From positions 1,216,001 through 1,280,000 of the forward strand of contig CM000436.1 in NCBI GenBank assembly GCA_000165345.1: a DNA stretch of 64,000 bases. The letters run 5' to 3'. A program made the position numbers and the translations under genes. Under the pieces are notes generated by a model, which made no database searches, was not told the origin of the DNA, and saw only the letters and a list, made by a program, of their open reading frames with translations. Shown here one piece after another: positions 27,233 through 38,200 of the stretch (position 1 is the first letter of the stretch; every line of letters starts with the position of its first letter).

Positions 27233-30200
27233 TTATATACTTAGTTTGCTCTTCATTATCTCTTTAAAACTTTCGTTACAAATCTCCAAAACTACAAAAT
27301 ATGGTATACTCTTAAATTTACCCCATAACTTCGAAGAAATCACGTCATTACTATCCAAATAATCCTTCTTAAGACCACCTTTAACCTTATGAGAGTATCT
27401 AAAAGATGTAACTCCAACCAGAATTCTAGCAATATCTGCTGGAAAAATTACATCAAATTCTTCAAACCCTACATAATGTCCAAAATCTTGTCTTAAGGTT
27501 GCTTCTTCCTGTTGGGTATCGTCTTTTTTTCTTCTTTTAAAATCTTTTTGAAACTTGGAAGAAAAGTGAGATATTATTCTCTCTGTTGAAATTCGATAAG
27601 TTTCCCATTGTACTGGACTTAAATCATTAAGATAATTGCTTAATAAACTATTTATACCTGACTTTATACAAGAACTTATCTTCTGATATGCTTCCCTAAT
27701 TTCCTTTCTTTCACTTAATCTTGTATTAATATCTTCATTTTGAAAATCTGATAATTGTGATCTCTCTTGTTTCAAAATTTCTATTGAATCTTTATCCTCT
27801 TCAACTTTTTTACTTATATCTTGACTTCCTATTAAAGAATCTAATTGAACTAACTCTCTCCCTCCCAATGCAAGATCTTGTAATAATTCCTGATTCCATT
27901 TTGTAATCCAAATTTCCTGTATCATCATTTCAAAGGTATTATCTCCAAATGATTTATTATTAGAATTTCCAAAAATTAATTCTTTAATAAAACCACTAGA
28001 AATACCTTCTAAACCTTCATTTGAAATTGATTCTGAATTTTGATATTCATTCACCTCTTGATCAAATAGCTTAATATAAAGCTCAGATCTTTTATTAGCA
28101 AAATATGATTCAATAATAGAATCCTTACAACTTTTATCCATTCCAAATTTTTGAAATGAAAAATAAGCAATATCCAACTTCCAAAGTTCATTAGAATTAC
28201 GATAAACCAACTCTTTATGTAAATCTTCAACTAAAATATCCAACCAATTTTCTTTAATTATTTCTGAATCAGATTCTAAAAATAAAGATTTAAAATCTCT
28301 TCTAGATTTAAATTCTTCCATATCTACAATATATTGTGAATTGTCTTTAATTAAACTTTGACCTAAAATTATACATTGTTTATTTGTTAATCTTTCCACA
28401 GAAATCTTCCAAGTACTTTTTTCATTCTCAACTTCATCCTCCAATTCTTCTAAACTCTTTTCTAAAAACATAGATGCCTCTAAAAGATTAATAGTAATAA
28501 CACCAGAATTCTCTGTTGAAAATCTTGATAATGAACTAAAAAAATCACTCTTCTCTTTAATCTTGGAAAAATCTTCATCAAAACATCTGATTTTTAAATA
28601 TGGACTCCCTCTTATATAACTAGACCAACTAGCTTTAATATTCTTTCCTTTATATTTTATTCCTAATAAATAATCCATATATAGCTTTAAATTATATAAT
28701 AAAGTCTCAATTTCTTCCATTTGTTTCACATTTAAAATAATCTTGAAAAATTCCATTGGGAAAATTTCCAATTCTATTTTTTTCTTTTCAAAATCATTAT
28801 TTATATCCATTATATGATTATTACTAAAATCATATCTACCAAGTATTACATGTAATAAACATCTTAAAGCTGTTTTATCTATTAATGAAGCTGAAATAAT
28901 TTGTCTCTTATTTCTATAATCTTCATCAGATAATAACATTAAACATATTCCCAACTTATCCAATTGCCTTGCACATCTTCCAGTTTCTTGTATATATTGT
29001 TCTAAAGAATTTGGCATATTCCAATGTATTACTGCATCAACATCTTTTTTATCAATTCCCATACCAAAAGATGTTGTTGCTACAAATATATTTGTCTTAT
29101 TATCAATAAATGATTTTTGTACCATTTCTCTCTCGCTATTACTCATCATTCCATGATAATATAAAGCATTTGCTCCTTTTGTTCTTAAGTAATTTGTTAC
29201 AGCTTCCACTTCTGATCTTTGCCAGACGTAAATCAATATATTTCTACATTTTGACCAAACTTCTCTCCTTGTTTTCTTTTTCTCATGTAATTGAGATTCT
29301 ACTTGAGTACTATTATTTGGATTATGATTACCATTCAAAGAATATTTAATGTGATCCCATAATAAAGAGTAGTTATTGTACATTTTTGGTACTTTTGTAA
29401 TATTCAAACTTAATCCTCTATTAAAATCTTGTAATGCTTTTTTTTTCATAGAATCCAGATGCAAAACTTTACAATGAAGATTTTCCCTTTGTATTTTTTG
29501 GTTAGAATATGGTTGTATAACCTCTCCCACTTTAAGCAAAGATTTGAGTTCTTCTAACATACCAGAAGGAGCAGTAGCAGTAATTCCTAATATTCTCTCA
29601 ACTTTAAAGTTATTTATTAAATGTCCAATAGAAGAGTAATAACTTGGTCTGAATGAATGTCCCCATTCACAAACACAATGTGCTTCATCTACACATAGTA
29701 ATGCAATTTTGTTCTTTGACAAATCCAATCTAGCCATTCTAATTTCATGTTGATCTTGATTAATTTCTAACAATCCTTTTGTTAAAAATGTTGAAAACAT
29801 ACTTTCTGGTGTAACAAATAAAATATCCAAACTACCCTCTTGAATTAACTTTATAATAGACTTCTTCTCTTCTACTGATACACTTGAATTCCAGATTGCT
29901 CCTCTAATTCTTTTACTTAAAGTCCTTAATTGATCTTGCATTAAAGATATTAAAGGCGTAATTACTATTGTAACTTTCCCAAACCACATATTTAATAACA
30001 ATGATAAGTATTGGAAACACAAACTTTTTCCATATCCTGTTGGAAGAATTAAAATACTTCCTTTTTTAAAACTCTTATTTTCTTTACCACTTAATAGTAT
30101 CGAATATATTGCTTCCAGTTGGCCTTCTCTAAAATCACCATATCCAAAATTTTCTTCCAAAAACTGTTTACATAAATTTCCTAAAACCTGACAATTATTT

Positions 30201-31498
30201 CCAGAATTACTTTCATTCTTCTTATCATTATCAGCTTGATAAATTAAAGAATCAACTTCTTCTTTTATCTTTTTAGATAATTCCAAAGATGGTCTATCCA
30301 AAAGAGAGATTTCTTCTCTGAAGCAATCTTTACAACCTTGAGAAAAGTTATTAGACCATTTTCTTGGGTCATTTAATATATCACTTTCTTGTAACTTTAG
30401 ACTCTCGTGATTTCTTCTCTCATTATTACTCTTGTTCTTCAATAAATACTTGTTGAACTTGACTTCATTTCTCTTTTCTTCTATCCTTTCCCATTTCTTC
30501 AAATTCCGAACTTGTTCACCACCATTATTCATCATATTTTCTTTCCCTTCTTCAATTGTATTTTCAGATTCAATTTCCTTATCTTTGTTGACTCTCACTC
30601 TACCATTACTATTATAAGTTCTTTTTCTAACTGCTCTAACTGTTGATACTCCACTAATATACCTATTCTTGCTCTTGGGGACGGTTTTTGGACCCCAAAG
30701 CTCAGAAGAACCCTTTTCTTTTTGCTGTCTCTTTCGACCTTTCCTATTTTCCTCATTCACCTTACTGACTTCTTCTGTAGATACTTCTCGTACTTCGCTC
30801 TCTCTGATTTGAATATTTTTAGTTTCTTGATCTAAATTATTCTGACTTTCATTACTAATATCTCCCTCATCCAATTCTCCTATATCTTTGTGTTTCTTGT
30901 TATTAATAGAATTTGTCTCTTTTTTCATATTATCTAAATCATTATCCAATCTAGAATCTTCTTGTGATGGCTTATTTTCAGAAACTAATAATCTTGGTAA
31001 TAGCCTTGAGCCTATCTTTCTACTATCCAATATTATCTTTGAAATCTTATCTTTGAACTTTAGCCAATAATCCCTCATCTCATTTGGAGGCTGATTAAAC
31101 TCCTCCCATTTAGTATAATAATGATCATTTTTCCACTTTATAAAGCATTCAAGTATATCAGATTTACTTTCCTCCAATTGAATTATTTCCAAGTATACAC
31201 CAAAGTATTTGTCTTGTTTGATTTGGTCACTTATCACCTCTTTTTGTTCTTTAGAGTCACTTTTGCTCGTCCAAGTATTTCTAATTCGTTCCAAAATATC
31301 TTCAAGGTTCAATTTTTCCTCCTCTTTATCTAACTGATCTTGAACTAATAACTTTAAATCTGATAATGCTTTGTCCAACTTTTGTTTATAAGGCAAAAAT
31401 TGCTCACTATATGGAGTTAGTGGCAAATTTAATACTACATCTGAAAGGTCTGTACCATTATATATTTGTCTTATTGTTCGCTTGTTTCCAGTACTCAT
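27233..31498 (-). CDS. RecQ-family DNA helicase with long N-terminal extension
   Basis: Motifs DFREGQLEAIYSILLSGKENK, ILPTGYGKSLCFQ (Walker A), LLCVDEAHCVCEWGHSFRPSY (DEAH), ITATAP, ATTSFGMGIDKKDVDAVIHWNMPNSLEQYIQETGRCAR in the order and spacing of RecQ helicases. The ~450-aa N-terminal extension is acidic and Lys-rich. Confidence 0.9.
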   Translation of the reverse strand: MSTGNKRTIRQIYNGTDLSDVVLNLPLTPYSEQFLPYKQKLDKALSDLKLLVQDQLDKEEEKLNLEDILERIRNTWTSKSDSKEQKEVISDQIKQDKYFGVYLEIIQLEESKSDILECFIKWKNDHYYTKWEEFNQPPNEMRDYWLKFKDKISKIILDSRKIGSRLLPRLLVSENKPSQEDSRLDNDLDNMKKETNSINNKKHKDIGELDEGDISNESQNNLDQETKNIQIRESEVREVSTEEVSKVNEENRKGRKRQQKEKGSSELWGPKTVPKSKNRYISGVSTVRAVRKRTYNSNGRVRVNKDKEIESENTIEEGKENMMNNGGEQVRNLKKWERIEEKRNEVKFNKYLLKNKSNNERRNHESLKLQESDILNDPRKWSNNFSQGCKDCFREEISLLDRPSLELSKKIKEEVDSLIYQADNDKKNESNSGNNCQVLGNLCKQFLEENFGYGDFREGQLEAIYSILLSGKENKSFKKGSILILPTGYGKSLCFQYLSLLLNMWFGKVTIVITPLISLMQDQLRTLSKRIRGAIWNSSVSVEEKKSIIKLIQEGSLDILFVTPESMFSTFLTKGLLEINQDQHEIRMARLDLSKNKIALLCVDEAHCVCEWGHSFRPSYYSSIGHLINNFKVERILGITATAPSGMLEELKSLLKVGEVIQPYSNQKIQRENLHCKVLHLDSMKKKALQDFNRGLSLNITKVPKMYNNYSLLWDHIKYSLNGNHNPNNSTQVESQLHEKKKTRREVWSKCRNILIYVWQRSEVEAVTNYLRTKGANALYYHGMMSNSEREMVQKSFIDNKTNIFVATTSFGMGIDKKDVDAVIHWNMPNSLEQYIQETGRCARQLDKLGICLMLLSDEDYRNKRQIISASLIDKTALRCLLHVILGRYDFSNNHIMDINNDFEKKKIELEIFPMEFFKIILNVKQMEEIETLLYNLKLYMDYLLGIKYKGKNIKASWSSYIRGSPYLKIRCFDEDFSKIKEKSDFFSSLSRFSTENSGVITINLLEASMFLEKSLEELEDEVENEKSTWKISVERLTNKQCIILGQSLIKDNSQYIVDMEEFKSRRDFKSLFLESDSEIIKENWLDILVEDLHKELVYRNSNELWKLDIAYFSFQKFGMDKSCKDSIIESYFANKRSELYIKLFDQEVNEYQNSESISNEGLEGISSGFIKELIFGNSNNKSFGDNTFEMMIQEIWITKWNQELLQDLALGGRELVQLDSLIGSQDISKKVEEDKDSIEILKQERSQLSDFQNEDINTRLSERKEIREAYQKISSCIKSGINSLLSNYLNDLSPVQWETYRISTERIISHFSSKFQKDFKRRKKDDTQQEEATLRQDFGHYVGFEEFDVIFPADIARILVGVTSFRYSHKVKGGLKKDYLDSNDVISSKLWGKFKSIPYFVVLEICNESFKEIMKSKLSI

Positions 31499-33075
31499 TT
31501 CATCCTATTTTAAGCTTAATTATTACTAATACTTTAACAGTTAATTATTATTATTATTATTATTATTTTACCAAAGAGAAATTCAAGTTATTGTAAGGTC
31601 TAGTATAGTTAATCAATGAGAATATATTATGGTTTTTAACTCTTCAAAAAGTCAAATGTACCACTAGCAAATCCCAATTCTTTATATAATCTACTCAGCT
31701 TTCTTCTCAAAATTCTTTGATTATATTCCACCTGATACTATTACTCTATTTCCAAATCCAATTTTTCCAACCTCTTTTGTCATCTAATTCTTTATATATA
31801 ATGCTAACATTCAACCGGATAATACATGTTACTGATGTTTTTCCTTTTTGGCTATTTTCTTTTTCTTTTTTTCCCTTTGCTACCTTTTTGTTACATTTAA
31901 CTCTTGGGAAAGTGTGGGGAAGATTGCCCGCTCAAAATTGCATGTATTAAGCTCCGGTAAAATGTTCATGTAGTTTTGCAATACCGGTATGCCTGCATGC
32001 CTATGTGGAAGAAAAAAAACAAACTAAAAATATAAAATTCAAAAAATAGGCAGAATCAATATAAATAATTTTTAAAATATCACATATTATTGCGTATTTA
32101 TGATAACTAGTAGAAGTTCTAGCTGTTTTCTCACCCATTTAGCCTAAATACATTCTTCTGAATATTTTGTTAGGAAAAGTAAAAATTCCAAAATTACAGA
32201 ATAAAACAGCTGAATTACTTAAAGTTTTTAAAATATTTTAACTAGTCTCAGATGACATGTATTTTAAATATCAGATATTGAAAACATGGTTTTCTAATAT
32301 CAGCTAACCATAAAACAAATTCTGATTAAAAAACCAATATTAAATCAATTAACTTTTAAAAACAATCAAATTTTTGATTAGAGAAATACTACTTCATTAA
32401 AAACTTCACCGAAAAATTGTGTAATTGATTAATTACTTAAAACGTGTAGGTCATATACCATTATTAATTGAAAGACAACATAAAAATAAACCAATGTATA
32501 AATTGTGTATATTTGCCTATATTAAACATATATATATATTTATATATATGTAGATATGCTAACTTACTTAAATGCTGAAATTGACTTTATGACCTACTGA
32601 ATCCATATATTTAAAATACTAGTTTCCGCTTTAAATAAAATAACCAGGTATCTAATAATGAGCCTTATTCACAGGCTTTTATAAACAATAAATGGATATT
32701 AAGCTAAAATTATTGAAATTTAATGATTCTAGCCACACAAATAATAATTTAAACTCTGGTCTTGAATAAATATTACCACATCCTTCTAATAACCATTACA
32801 ATTTTTAATATTTAAACATCGGAAATTAACAATAACATAACTTATGCTAAAATAAATCATCATTGTTAATCGTTCACATATCTTTATTAAAGTAACTGGT
32901 ATATCCAATTAATATCGAAACAAAAAAAAATATGTATATTTTCGCGTATACATATACAGACGATATACATAACCAAATATCAATTCGTACAAAACTCTGG
33001 ATCATCCCTATATAAGCTATTATTCTATCCGGAACCCAATGAATAAAGTCCATATCAATTTCATTATAACCTTAA

Positions 33076-34017
33076 TTATTGTAATGTTCTTCTACGTCTA
33101 CGGTGTCTCATTCTTGTAGAACGACCACGAGTAGAAGTTACGCCTCTACCTGATTGATGAGTACGAAAATGGGAACGTGAAGTTGTATGAGCTGATGGAA
33201 GCCTTGTTTGAGATTGCGAAAATTCAGATTGGAGTGAGGACGAAGTAGATGGAGTTTGAGGAGAAAATGGATGTGAACTGCTATGTTGGCGAGATGAAGC
33301 AATTCTCGCACTTCTCCTTGCTTTGGTATGTTTCTCCTTTATTAATAAGTAGTTATTGTAAACAGAAGCTAGGGAAGCTTCTAACTCAGTAAGCAATTCT
33401 TGCCTAGAAATAATATCAGAATAAGCATCAGAAAAAGCCCTTACTTCGTCTTCATCAGTACCGGGTGAATTCCTCTGTTTTTCCTCTAAATCAATCAGGG
33501 ATGCTTCTAAAGATTTAAGACTTTGCTTAACTGTTTTCCATTTTTTATAGCATATTTTGGCTTGACTACTAACAAAGGCAAGTATTTGCTCAGAAGAAAC
33601 ATCTTCCCTAGAAACTCCGTTATTCTCGAATTCAGTAAGAACCAATTCCATTAACTGAGCTTCAGTTAAATGCTCTGGTTTGTGAAAAGCTGAAATATCC
33701 TCCAATGAAAATTTAAGGAAATCAAGTGTACTAAAACAAGATGTTTCACAGTCTTCTAATCGAAGCCTACGTGAAGGTCGATGTCCAGAAGAACTAGAAT
33801 CATGTTCATCGCTTGATAGTTTTCTCTTTCTCTCATTGGGTGGCGATTGGCCAGATCCTGATGTAGAACCTGCTGCAGAATTTATTTGAGCATAACTGAA
33901 GACATAATAGTTTAAGCTCTGTATATCTGTATTCAATGTAGGGCAAATAGAAATATTAGCAAGGGCAACAACAGATAGTATTAATAATGAAATGATTGAG
34001 TTCATTAACTCAAACAC
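33076..34017 (-). CDS. Hypothetical secreted protein with Arg/Ser-rich basic C-terminus; GC-richer than neighbours
   Basis: 313-codon ORF. N-terminal hydrophobic MFELMNSIISLLILSVVALANISIC (signal peptide). C-terminus ..RGRSTRMRHRRRRRTLQ. Local composition about 45% G+C, versus about 28-30% in flanking genes. No recognised domain. Confidence 0.45.
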   Translation of the reverse strand: MFELMNSIISLLILSVVALANISICPTLNTDIQSLNYYVFSYAQINSAAGSTSGSGQSPPNERKRKLSSDEHDSSSSGHRPSRRLRLEDCETSCFSTLDFLKFSLEDISAFHKPEHLTEAQLMELVLTEFENNGVSREDVSSEQILAFVSSQAKICYKKWKTVKQSLKSLEASLIDLEEKQRNSPGTDEDEVRAFSDAYSDIISRQELLTELEASLASVYNNYLLIKEKHTKARRSARIASSRQHSSSHPFSPQTPSTSSSLQSEFSQSQTRLPSAHTTSRSHFRTHQSGRGVTSTRGRSTRMRHRRRRRTLQ

Positions 34018-34221
34018 GATACTTTTGCCTTTAACAAAAGATCATTTCTCAAAAGGGGTGAAGTAATACATAAAAGATTTTTCTGACCTCTGGCCCCAAA
34101 TAACAACTGCCTTGCCTTTAACACTTAAAAGATCTTCCAGGGTGACAAATTGATTAAGTACTTCTTACTTTTATTTTAAATATTACTCTTCGTGACAATT
34201 ACTTTCAAAAGTATCGTCTCT

Positions 34222-34249
34222 TTTTTGGCTCCAAATTTGGAGCCAAAAA
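34222..34249. repeat. Perfect 26-28 bp palindrome TTTTGGCTCCAAATTTGGAGCCAAAA
   Basis: 34223-34248 is an exact reverse complement of itself; one further flanking base pair extends it to 34222-34249. Lies in the 1.2-kb divergent spacer between genes 33076-34017 (minus) and 35256 (plus). Confidence 0.9.
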
Positions 34250-35068
34250 TTGTATTACCAATTAATTTAATAGTTATTGAAAGCTATTTAAACTTGTAAA
34301 TATATCAAATAAAAACTAAATTGTATTCAGTCAACTAAATTAACTATTTATTTGAAAAAAATACTATTAATTTGGCTCTAAATATGATAATTTAAAAATA
34401 AATATATATAATAAATATAAAAGTATAATTTAGCACTTAACTTTAGTTACTAAGAAGTAATATCAACAGCAATAATAATAATGACGATTATTATTATTAC
34501 TTTGAAATAGTCTGTATTTTAGTTTCAAGGAATTAATTGATTTCAAGAACCACTTTAATATTTCAATGTACAATTGCACTAAAATTTAATGTGTATCCTA
34601 AACTTCTTTTTTAATCTTTATTATAGTAGTAACTTTGATTAAATGTTTGCTACTGTGCATGATTACGAAATTTATTGGCTTTGTTCATAACTGTATTTTA
34701 TAGTTTGTTTTCTTACGACTACATGCACTTCAATCAAATTATAGGATCCTATTCCCCTAGGATTTGTCATATAAGCGCCTCCAAAACTGCTAAATCTAAA
34801 CAACTATATTTTTGATGGGTAAAATAACTATAAATTAGCTTCGTAGATTTGAATAATGGAAAAAAACTTAAAAACAAGCAATATTTATATGTATATGTTC
34901 CAATTTTTTAAAAAAATGGCGTAGTAGTATAATCCAAAACTGAAAATATGAATTAGATGGAGTTGCAAAAACCCGCAATATCAATGTAGCATGAGAAAAC
35001 AACTCATTTTTAAACCAACCCGCAATTATAAAAATACCTTACCTTTCTTAATTTGTAAAAACACCTTC

Positions 35069-35100
35069 TGGCGCCCAAAGTTGCCACATAGTTGGCGCCA
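35069..35100. promoter_or_regulatory. Paired GGCGCC sites (TGGCGCCCAAAG / TTGGCGCCATG) about 160-190 bp upstream of gene 35256
   Basis: Two GGCGCC cores 24 bp apart (35070-35075, 35094-35099). Confidence 0.45.
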
Positions 35101-35255
35101 TGTCAAAGTTAAAGTTACATGCAATAAATTCGTTGATTGCATGCGAATAAGCAATATTGGTGGCAGTAAAATTATTAAGAGTGAAATAAGGAGGAAGGAA
35201 GTTATTTACTTGATTAATAGTGCCTTTTAAAATTTTGCATAAAGGTAGAAAATAG

Positions 35256-38200
35256 ATGTCAATAAAACTTCCGGTTATAGAAATTCCGAATGAATTTCTA
35301 GAAAATTCATTTGAAAAGCCAGAGCAAGCAATAGTAGCAGAAGATTCCAAATTAACTTCAAATAGTAAGAAACATGTACTAAAAGTTAATCCAGATTTAT
35401 GGTTTGAGGAGATTCTTGATAAGAATAATAGTACAACATTTGAGAAGGAGATAACATGCAGAAACCTAAATCTTCTAAAAACAGCTTCAATATTTATTGG
35501 GAAACAAAAATTAAAGCTAAAGCGCGCAAGGTCAATAGAAACTAGCTCAAAATCACAAGATTTATTCAGTATTCCAGATGGAGCAAATGAGTTGGAAACC
35601 CCTCCAGTAAGTTGGGATGTAAGTGAGGACCATCCTTTAAAGTCTAGTTTGACTCCTGGACCACCAAGTAGATCATGTTTAAGTAATAATTGGTATCAAA
35701 GATTGAATTGGGTTTGGAGAGATGGATATTCAATAGTGAATTCAAAAAGTGATAATGCAATGGAAGACCCCAAATATATTGAGCATGATTTATCTTTTAT
35801 TCAAGAAATAGGTAAATTCTACGCAGCAGCTAGAGCTTCAGCAGTTGCTTTAATACATTGTCAGCCAACATTTAATTTTGGAGTTGCCAAAGCTTTTTAC
35901 GAGGTAACAAAGGCTTCAAATGAAAATTTGTGGAGTATTTACTGCCCACTATTTACAGATGACCGTGTTTTCATTTTTGATAGTATTGTTTTTACTGTTA
36001 TACTTGGAAGCAAGAGGAATGGAATTTCCAAAGAAGTAGCAAAAAGATTATATAATAATGAGTTCAAGTCTAAAAAAGCCTTTTGTGACATTTTAATTCA
36101 AATTGGTGCAAAAGCATTATTTGCACTTCCAATCTGCGCAATTGTCAAATACATGGGATATAGCGTCCTTTGTGAACCATTGGTTCCTTTTAATCCAAAG
36201 CCTAAAGACGTATTAAAAGATTTACTACAATCTGCATCAATACCACAAAATATGATATCAACTCTTGAAGATAAATACGAAAAGAATGATGAGCTATATG
36301 TGGTTAATTCAAAAAGCAAGAAAGATGTTAATATTTTGTTCGACTCGCTATTAACATATAATCCAGAGCTAGCAAATCAATTAGATTTTGTTGCAAAGCA
36401 ATTAAACATTCAAGGCTGGCCATTTCCTATGGAAACAACAGATTTGTATGAACATTATGGGATCAAATATGTATTCAAAATCTGGCAACATAGATCAGAT
36501 GGATTATATATTACAAGACATTGTGGTGAACTGCTTCCTGTATATATTGATGAAAATCAAGAAATACAACCATTAAGAAGGTTACGTGAAGAATTTTTAA
36601 TAACATATACCTCTTCTTCATTACCTTCAACAGTTTCTGTGCCATTATTTTTGAATTCAAATACAGGTGATCCGACAAATGATTATATTAATAAAGGATT
36701 TGATTCACAATTTGGAGCAAGAAGGGTTAGAGAAGGCTCAAATTCAAGGCTAAATGTGTTGTATAATGCGAGCCAAGCTATGAGAATTAGATTATTAAAA
36801 GATCTTTTACCAACTATAAATGAATTATATGTTGGATTTCATGATCCATGGGAAATTACGGAGCTCCTACATAATTATGGTATTAATTTAAATTATGGAT
36901 TAGGTAGTCTTGCTCAAGGAAAAGTCATTGAGCCAATACGTAATACAGCTATTAGAGAAATTATTGCAAGAACTATTAAAAGATTATGGGAAGAGGAAAT
37001 GCATATATCATTTAGAGATCAAACATTAATCAATGAGGAGACTATTCAGATTATATTAATTGATTATTTTAACAAAATAATGTGCAATACAGATGAATCA
37101 AATATTTACTGGAATTCTAAAATTATACCATCAGCAATAAAAAGATTTCAACTAAATACAAATAAGAATATTATCAGCAAATCAAATGTACAACTGACTA
37201 CATTATTCTATTCATTACAATTTCATATTGGAGTACAATTTAATACTAAAGTAGTTAATACTGATGGTACATTAAGATTACCACTTAAAATTGATGATTT
37301 ATGTGATTTTACTGGAATTAATATTGGGGTTGATTATTTATTCCCACAAGTTAAATATTTAAAGTATACATTAGCAAGAACACAAAGGCTTAAACGTGAT
37401 TCATTTATGGAATCAATAAAAAACTCTAATTCAAAAAAAATGCCAATTTTAACTTTATTTAGTAATCAAACTAATGCATATTTAGTTAATCAAAATAAAG
37501 ATGATAATTTTACTAAAGGTATGAATGGTCAAGTATGGGCATGGAATGAAACAGGAATAATACGTGGTTATTTTCCAAAAGTTAAGATAGTAGTACCAAG
37601 AACATTAAAAAGTATTAATATATCTAAAACAATATTATGTAGATATATATGGAGGCTTCGTATACCAACTTGGAATCGTATATTTATTACATCATCAAAA
37701 GAATCAAAAGATAGTAAATTAGAAGACAAATTATTTACATCATCAAGTATTTTATGTAATCCAATATACATTAATACAGTAACTATGGGAAATATAAGTC
37801 CATTAAGAGCAAGCTTGGAAGGATTTGCTACACCATGTCATCCAATGTGTAAACCAATTTATGCGAAAGATAATAAAGTAATGAATAAAATTGAAAATAA
37901 TATTACATGTCAATTTCATTACGATTGTTATAAAGCATTATACTTTTTACTTATTGCAAAGCGTTTAATTGGTGAAAGTATTGAAAGAATTTTATTTTTA
38001 ATCTTAAATAATGGATTTTTGGCTCTACAACATAATAAATTGGATGAATGTTTGAGTATATGTCAATTAGCATTTTCATGTACCCCAGAAATTCCAAAGT
38101 ATCAAGTATTAATTATTGCATTAAAAATTCAGTGTTTAATAAAATATAATAAATTAGAAGAAGCAACCACGGAATTTAATTTTATGAGAAAATTAATACT

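Noticed and set aside
34991-35350. ORFs 34991-35230 (plus) and 35048-35350 (minus) at the start of the CLU-like gene
   Set aside because: They span the paired GGCGCC promoter sites and the annotated start codon region. Overlapping opposite-strand readings look spurious.
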